A DNA stretch of 63,996 nt, filler included, from Reclinomonas americana ATCC 50394 (Eukaryota), in assembly GCA_048213135.1 (NCBI GenBank). It is 7 parts of 4 records of this genome, joined end to end, with 100 filler letters (N's around TTAATTAATTAA, not from the genome) between each part and the next. Parts side by side here need not be neighbours in the genome. Positions count along the whole stretch, not along the records: positions 43,149 to 62,805 come from PS015710.1; positions 62,906 to 63,996 come from PS015772.1; 5 more parts are not named here. The stretch is one strand, 5' to 3'. Positions 59,523-63,996 of this stretch are shown in pieces. The position numbers were made by a program, and so were the translations under genes. The notes beneath the pieces are model-generated. The model saw nothing but the letters and a program-made list of their open reading frames with translations. It did not search any database and was not told where the DNA came from. Numbering within the stretch: position 1 is the stretch's first letter; every line of letters begins with the position of its first letter.

Positions 59523-61475
59523 TCACTTGTTGGACTCTGCAGAGTCAACGTGTGAGGCTGCACGTTGACGTTTCTGGGCAGGCGCATTGGCGTCGATGGC
59601 ATTGTCTTCGCGTGGGTGCTTCTTCTTGTTCTTCTTGGATTGACGCGCAAGAAGTTTTAGCGCCTCCTGCAGCCCCACCGCCAACGTGCGAGTGGCGTTT
59701 CGCATAGCAAAGTCCCGAATCAGGCCAAATTCGCTGCCGTCAGTCGCCTGCATCATTAATACATCGTGTGCGGAAGTCAGTCGCGACCGAAACCTGAAAC
59801 GCATGCCCTATGGAACTGCACTCACCGGGATTCCATCGAGTGCAGCCTTCGTGGCACTCGCGGGATCCGATATACCGCGAATGTGAACCATTGCAACCTT
59901 GCGCTTTGGAGAAGCCACTTCGAAGGCATACTGTGCTCCGAGGGCCTCCATTTCGCACGCAAGAATATTCTTCCCGGCTCCGAATTCTGCAAGCCGGCTT
60001 GCAAAGTTGGGGCTCTTGACGATGAACGGCACACTGGCCATTTCACAGCTGCCGTGAATACGGTGGCTGTTTTGACTAGGTGAGTTCGTAGCCCATCTGC
60101 CAACCTGGCTAACAATCCCTTCCAATTCGGTCTGCAGGAAACACACGGCGAGAATCATAGTCACGAAGCAAGTGGTCAGCAACGCAAAAGGTCGTGGAGA
60201 GAACAAGGCACAGTCATGATCATGCAAACCTGTTTCGTGTGAAGCTTGTCAAGCTTCTTCTTGCTCGATCGTCTTTCGCGGGCTTGAGCGGCTGCGCTGG
60301 CTGCCTCCACAACTGCATCATCAAGAACAGCCATAACGGCCGTGTAGTGCATCCCGGCTCTGAGAATCGCACCGCGGTTCTTGGTTGCCGCGGTGAAGAG
60401 ACCGACAAAGGCACCTCCGTCAACGGGCAACCGATCAGTGTTGAACTTGTTCACAGAGAAGCCTTTCAAGGATCCAGGCGCAGCTGCGGTATCAACATCA
60501 ACGATGTCCGACCGATGCAACGGATCAACGATTGTCTCGGGAATCACCACGTCTCCCAACTGAGCAGGAAAACTTGAATGTGAGGAAGCAGGATGAATGT
60601 AGCGCACAGAAACTAAGAAGTACCATTGCATCGGGATTCAGCGACCCGGCAATTCCAACCAGGTACATCACTTGCAGCTGAGTACTCATGCGCATTGCGG
60701 AATGCACGAAGCGCAGCATCGACCGAAAGCCCTGGTGGTTAACGGTTGCGAAAGCAATCTTCTTGCACGGCGACAACGTGAAACCATAGCTGGTATCACG
60801 ATCTTGGTCAAACACCGTCCTCTGGAAGATCGACAAGTTATCGCAGTGTGCATGCAGGTACCATGGCCATCACAATCGCATCACTGAAGCGCAAACCTCT
60901 TCCATCGCGAGCAACTTCGTTCCGAACTCCGGCATTGCAGACAGCTTGCGAATCTCGTCGAGAAGCACATCGTACTCAGTCTTCATGGCAGTGACAACGA
61001 CGATCTGAACATTTGAAAGGGCCTCAATATCAAGATCTGTGATTTAATTTATCAGTCAGTGAACAGCTCTGCACGCAGCGAAGACGTGCAACTGCAAGCA
61101 CTCATCGACGAGTGCAGCCAATGCCCCCGTGCTCACACAGATCTGAGAAGGAAGCGAACAATGTGGTGTGCAAAACTGACTCTCGCTGTGGCTCATGGAT
61201 TGCCGGCGCCGGTACATGCGATACGAATGACGCCAGCGAACTGATACCAGTATACAGGTCATGCCCATTCACCGAAGTGTGCGCGTGTGTGAGTGCGGCA
61301 CGTGTGCAGTGCAGAGAGAGCCAGTAACAGTGCGAGAACATTGTGCATGTCTGATTGAAGTCTTTGCATGCACCGCTGCGGCATTTTTTGTGTGTGCATC
61401 TGCTGTCGTGAGGTGAAACAAACCGCTCTCTCCTTGAGAACCAGAGCTCGAGGCGGAGTTACTGGAAGAAGCCAT
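59523..61475 (-). CDS. Stand-alone PNP_UDP_1 / MTA-SAH-nucleosidase-fold protein (exons upstream of 61036 uncertain)
   Basis: VQIVVVTAMKTEYD, MYLVGIAGSLNPDAMLGDVVIP, ILACEMEALG and VHIRGISDPA are the four hallmark motifs of the family. Basic C-terminal tail KKNKKKHPR..KRQR. Confidence 0.8.
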
Positions 61476-61573
61476 GGCACTCTCTCACGAAGCAAACAGA
61501 AATGGCCAAGAAACTGAAATGAGCGCCAACCCAACCAACCAACCAGGCGACGGAAAATTTGACACACTCACTG

Positions 61574-62805
61574 ATGGCTGACGCTGAGATCGGCCAGCGC
61601 CTCGCCTCACGACTCGGGCACAACGGTTCGTACCACCCCGCACACCCACCCACACCAGAGCAAGCATGCATCTGCAACAGTAGACGTCCAGAAAACAGTG
61701 TGAAAGTTGTTGATGCACATTCACATCAACGACCTGCACCACGCACACTTTTTTCCTCCCCCGCCGCCTGCTCATCTCTGTGACACAACAGAGCGCGAGG
61801 AACGCGATGCAGCAGTGAAAGCGCTCTTCCAGATGTTCCAAAAGGTCGACTCGATGACCGACGCCGAGATGCTGGTGATCTGGAAGGGCCTCTTCTATGG
61901 TGAGTCCTCTCCTTCTCTCTTTCTCTCTCTCTCGCCTCTTGTCACCCTCTTTCTCTCTCTCTCTCTCTCCATCAGTTTCCTGCTCTCTCTTTTGTTTTCC
62001 TATCGCTTCACTTCTCTAAGACTTCCTCTCTTTGTCTCTCCTCCCTCACTCCCTCCCCCCCCCTCCCTCACCTGCCCTCAGCCATGTGGTTCTCCGACGG
62101 AGTCCCCGTCCAACGCGAGCTCGCCCAGCGCATGGCCCAGCTGATGCATGCATTCCCGACACTGGAGCTGACCATGCGCTTCGCGGAGACATTTATGCTG
62201 ACCATGCAACGCGAGTGGCCGCGACTGGACCACCTGCGTCTGGACAAGTACTACCACCTGGTGGAGTGTGTGGTGCGGGAGCTCTTGTCGCTAGTGTGCA
62301 CGGCCGAGGAGACCTTCCGCGAGCAGCAAGATGGTGATGATGACGAGGGAGATCGTCAGCTGAACCCGGTGGCTGTCGATGTGGCCAATCTGTTGTACGA
62401 GCACGTGTTCCGCGCCACGGCAGAGCCGCTGCGTAGTGACGTGGAGGATGCTGCGTTGGTGGTGCATGGCGACGAGGAGGCGGAGGAAGCCGTCGTCGAT
62501 GACGATGAGGATGAGGATGAGGAATACGACGATGAAGTTGAGGAGGAGGAGGAAGAAGAGCAGCCAAAGAAGAAGAATAAGAACAAGGGCAAGAAGGGCA
62601 AAAAGGGCAAGCGTGGCACCTCTGACGAAGGTTTGTTGCTGCAGCATCCACTTGCTCCTCCACCACCGCCATCTCACTGTGTGTGCTCAGAGGCCGAGCA
62701 AGGCTTGAGTCGCGCCCAGATGCGTCAGCTGACGAAGCAACGCATTGCCGCCAAGCGCAGACAACGCAAAGTGGTGAGCGACCTTCGTGATCGATACCCG
62801 CGATT
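61574..62805 (+). CDS. RRP1: Ribosomal RNA processing protein 1 (Nop52/RRP1), 3' end in linker
   Basis: RLASRLGHNE..RDAAVKAL..MLVIWKGLFYAMWFSDGVPVQRELA..FMLTMQREWPRLDHLRLDKYYHLV is the Nop52 signature. Confidence 0.92.
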
Positions 62806-63001
62806 NNNNNNNNNNNNNNNNNNNNNNNNNNNNNNNNNNNNNNNNNNNNTTAATTAATTAANNNNNNNNNNNNNNNNNNNNNNNNNNNNNNNNNNNNNNN
62901 NNNNNCGTGTGCCTTGGCAGTCTCAGGAGAGAGAGAGAGAGGGAGTGCGTGTGTTGTGATAGTGTCTGGAAACTGAGGTATGCCCTTCGCGTGTGTCTCA
63001 C

Positions 63002-63219
63002 CTGCTGGAGGCAATCACTTCCTCACGACCACCTCCCGTCGTGTGTAACCTCAGCGTGTCATCCGACACAACGAGGCGGGCCTCGGCGCCCAACAAAATC
63101 GGTCCTCCATTGCTGAACAATGCCAGTGGGCTCGAAATCATCATCATATTCACCACCACCACTCCCATCACCAACAACGCCACCAGTGCGCGTGATAATG
63201 AACGAGAAGACGCGCGCAT
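63002..63219 (-). CDS. First exon of a probable secreted or membrane protein (remainder lost at the linker)
   Basis: MRASSRSLSRALVALLVMGVVVV is a signal/anchor-like N-terminus; the exon ends at an AG|GTGAG donor. Confidence 0.5.
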
Positions 63220-63904
63220 GAGAGAAAGTACAACAAAAAGACAACAGAAAAGAAAAAGGTGTGTGTGTGTGTGTCTGCGTCACGGAGAAAGAATCAGACA
63301 AAACAGGGTTTGCGGTGCGCGCCTCTCGCGCTCTCTGTTTTCCTCTGCGGTGCTCAACACACGCAGAGAGAGTGAATTAAATAGTACAACGCCCAAAGTG
63401 CGTGTGGTGTGGCGACAGAGAGTGAGGCAAGGTGCGCACTCGGTTGCGAGAAAAAATTACGTGTTGAATTTGCAAGTGACCAATTGGCCAATTCAGATTT
63501 CGACGAAAAGCCACTTATCGGGGGCGACCTGCAGCAGCGCTGGGTGAGACCAACCAGTACGTGGCGAGTAACACGGCAGTTCATTCTACGTGAGGCGATG
63601 CCGTGCTGCGCAGTCGCAAAGAAAGGTGCGTAGCATACTACTCCGGGGGTAGCGTAGATCGCCCTGGTTGCACATCCGATTGCGATGTACAACCACGGAG
63701 GCGAGGCACCGCTACGTGAGGCCACACGTATGGCTGGCGGGTTCATGCTCTCACAATGAAGGACGCTGTGTGCTCTCAGTTGTATGACACCCGAGAGCTC
63801 CGCTACGATAATGCGAAAACCTGGGTTGAGAGAGACCGCACCGGGACGCTGGCGTTGGACCCGCCGTGAGACCTGCGGTACCCCCCGGGAGGGTGGAAGA
63901 AGCC

Positions 63905-63967
63905 GGCGGTCGTTCCCGACCTCCCCGTGGTCTCGTTGGAAACAGGTTTGCCTGGCTAACAGGGAAC
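63905..63967 (+). ncRNA. Candidate HDV-like self-cleaving ribozyme core
   Basis: P2 GUUCCC (63912-17) / GGGAAC (63962-67); P3 ACC/GGU closing L3 UCCCCGU; P1 3' strand CUCGUU; P1.1 GG; P4 CAGG-UUUG-CCUG; J4/2 GCUAA. The P1 5' strand is ambiguous. Confidence 0.5.
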
Positions 63968-63996
63968 AAATGGCGCTCAGTGGCCGGCTTCTTTTT

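Noticed and set aside
59808..59810. In-frame TAG inside the PNP-fold gene (readthrough or pseudogene?)
   Set aside because: It lies in a 78-nt GTGAGT...CTGAC...TGCAG intron (59825-59748) whose removal keeps the frame.
63634..63835. U1 snRNA or TPP riboswitch look-alike words (ATACT.., TTGCAC, GATAATGC, AACCTG, TGAGA)
   Set aside because: There is no ACTTACCTG 5' end or Sm site, and the TPP motifs are in the wrong order.

Overview
Gene-dense, intron-rich, microsatellite-rich eukaryotic draft scaffold, probably from a flagellated protist. It has N-gaps and six artificial 100-nt TTAATTAATTAA linkers. Genes read by manual splicing: an Ssn6/Cyc8 TPR co-repressor, a CaaX orphan, a SPAG8/FAP143-like ciliary protein, two head-to-head EamA/DMT transporters, a Kelch/coiled-coil/pseudokinase/Cys-less HECT fusion, an ARM + PB1 + STE11 MAP3K, a coiled-coil protein with a CHORD-like Zn finger, a VASt lipid-transfer protein, a macrodomain-gelsolin/villin fusion, a NAP/SET histone chaperone, five tandem GT31-like glycosyltransferases, a stand-alone PNP/nucleosidase-fold protein and RRP1/Nop52. 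The most striking observation is a run of 12 consecutive phase-0 microexons (eleven of 3 nt, one of 6 nt; 30251-31152, minus strand) that spell the loop of the Zn finger almost one codon per exon. The window ends in a structured region containing a candidate HDV-like ribozyme core followed by an ATG. All calls are by eye from motifs; no database search was run, and exon boundaries are inferred rather than transcript-verified.
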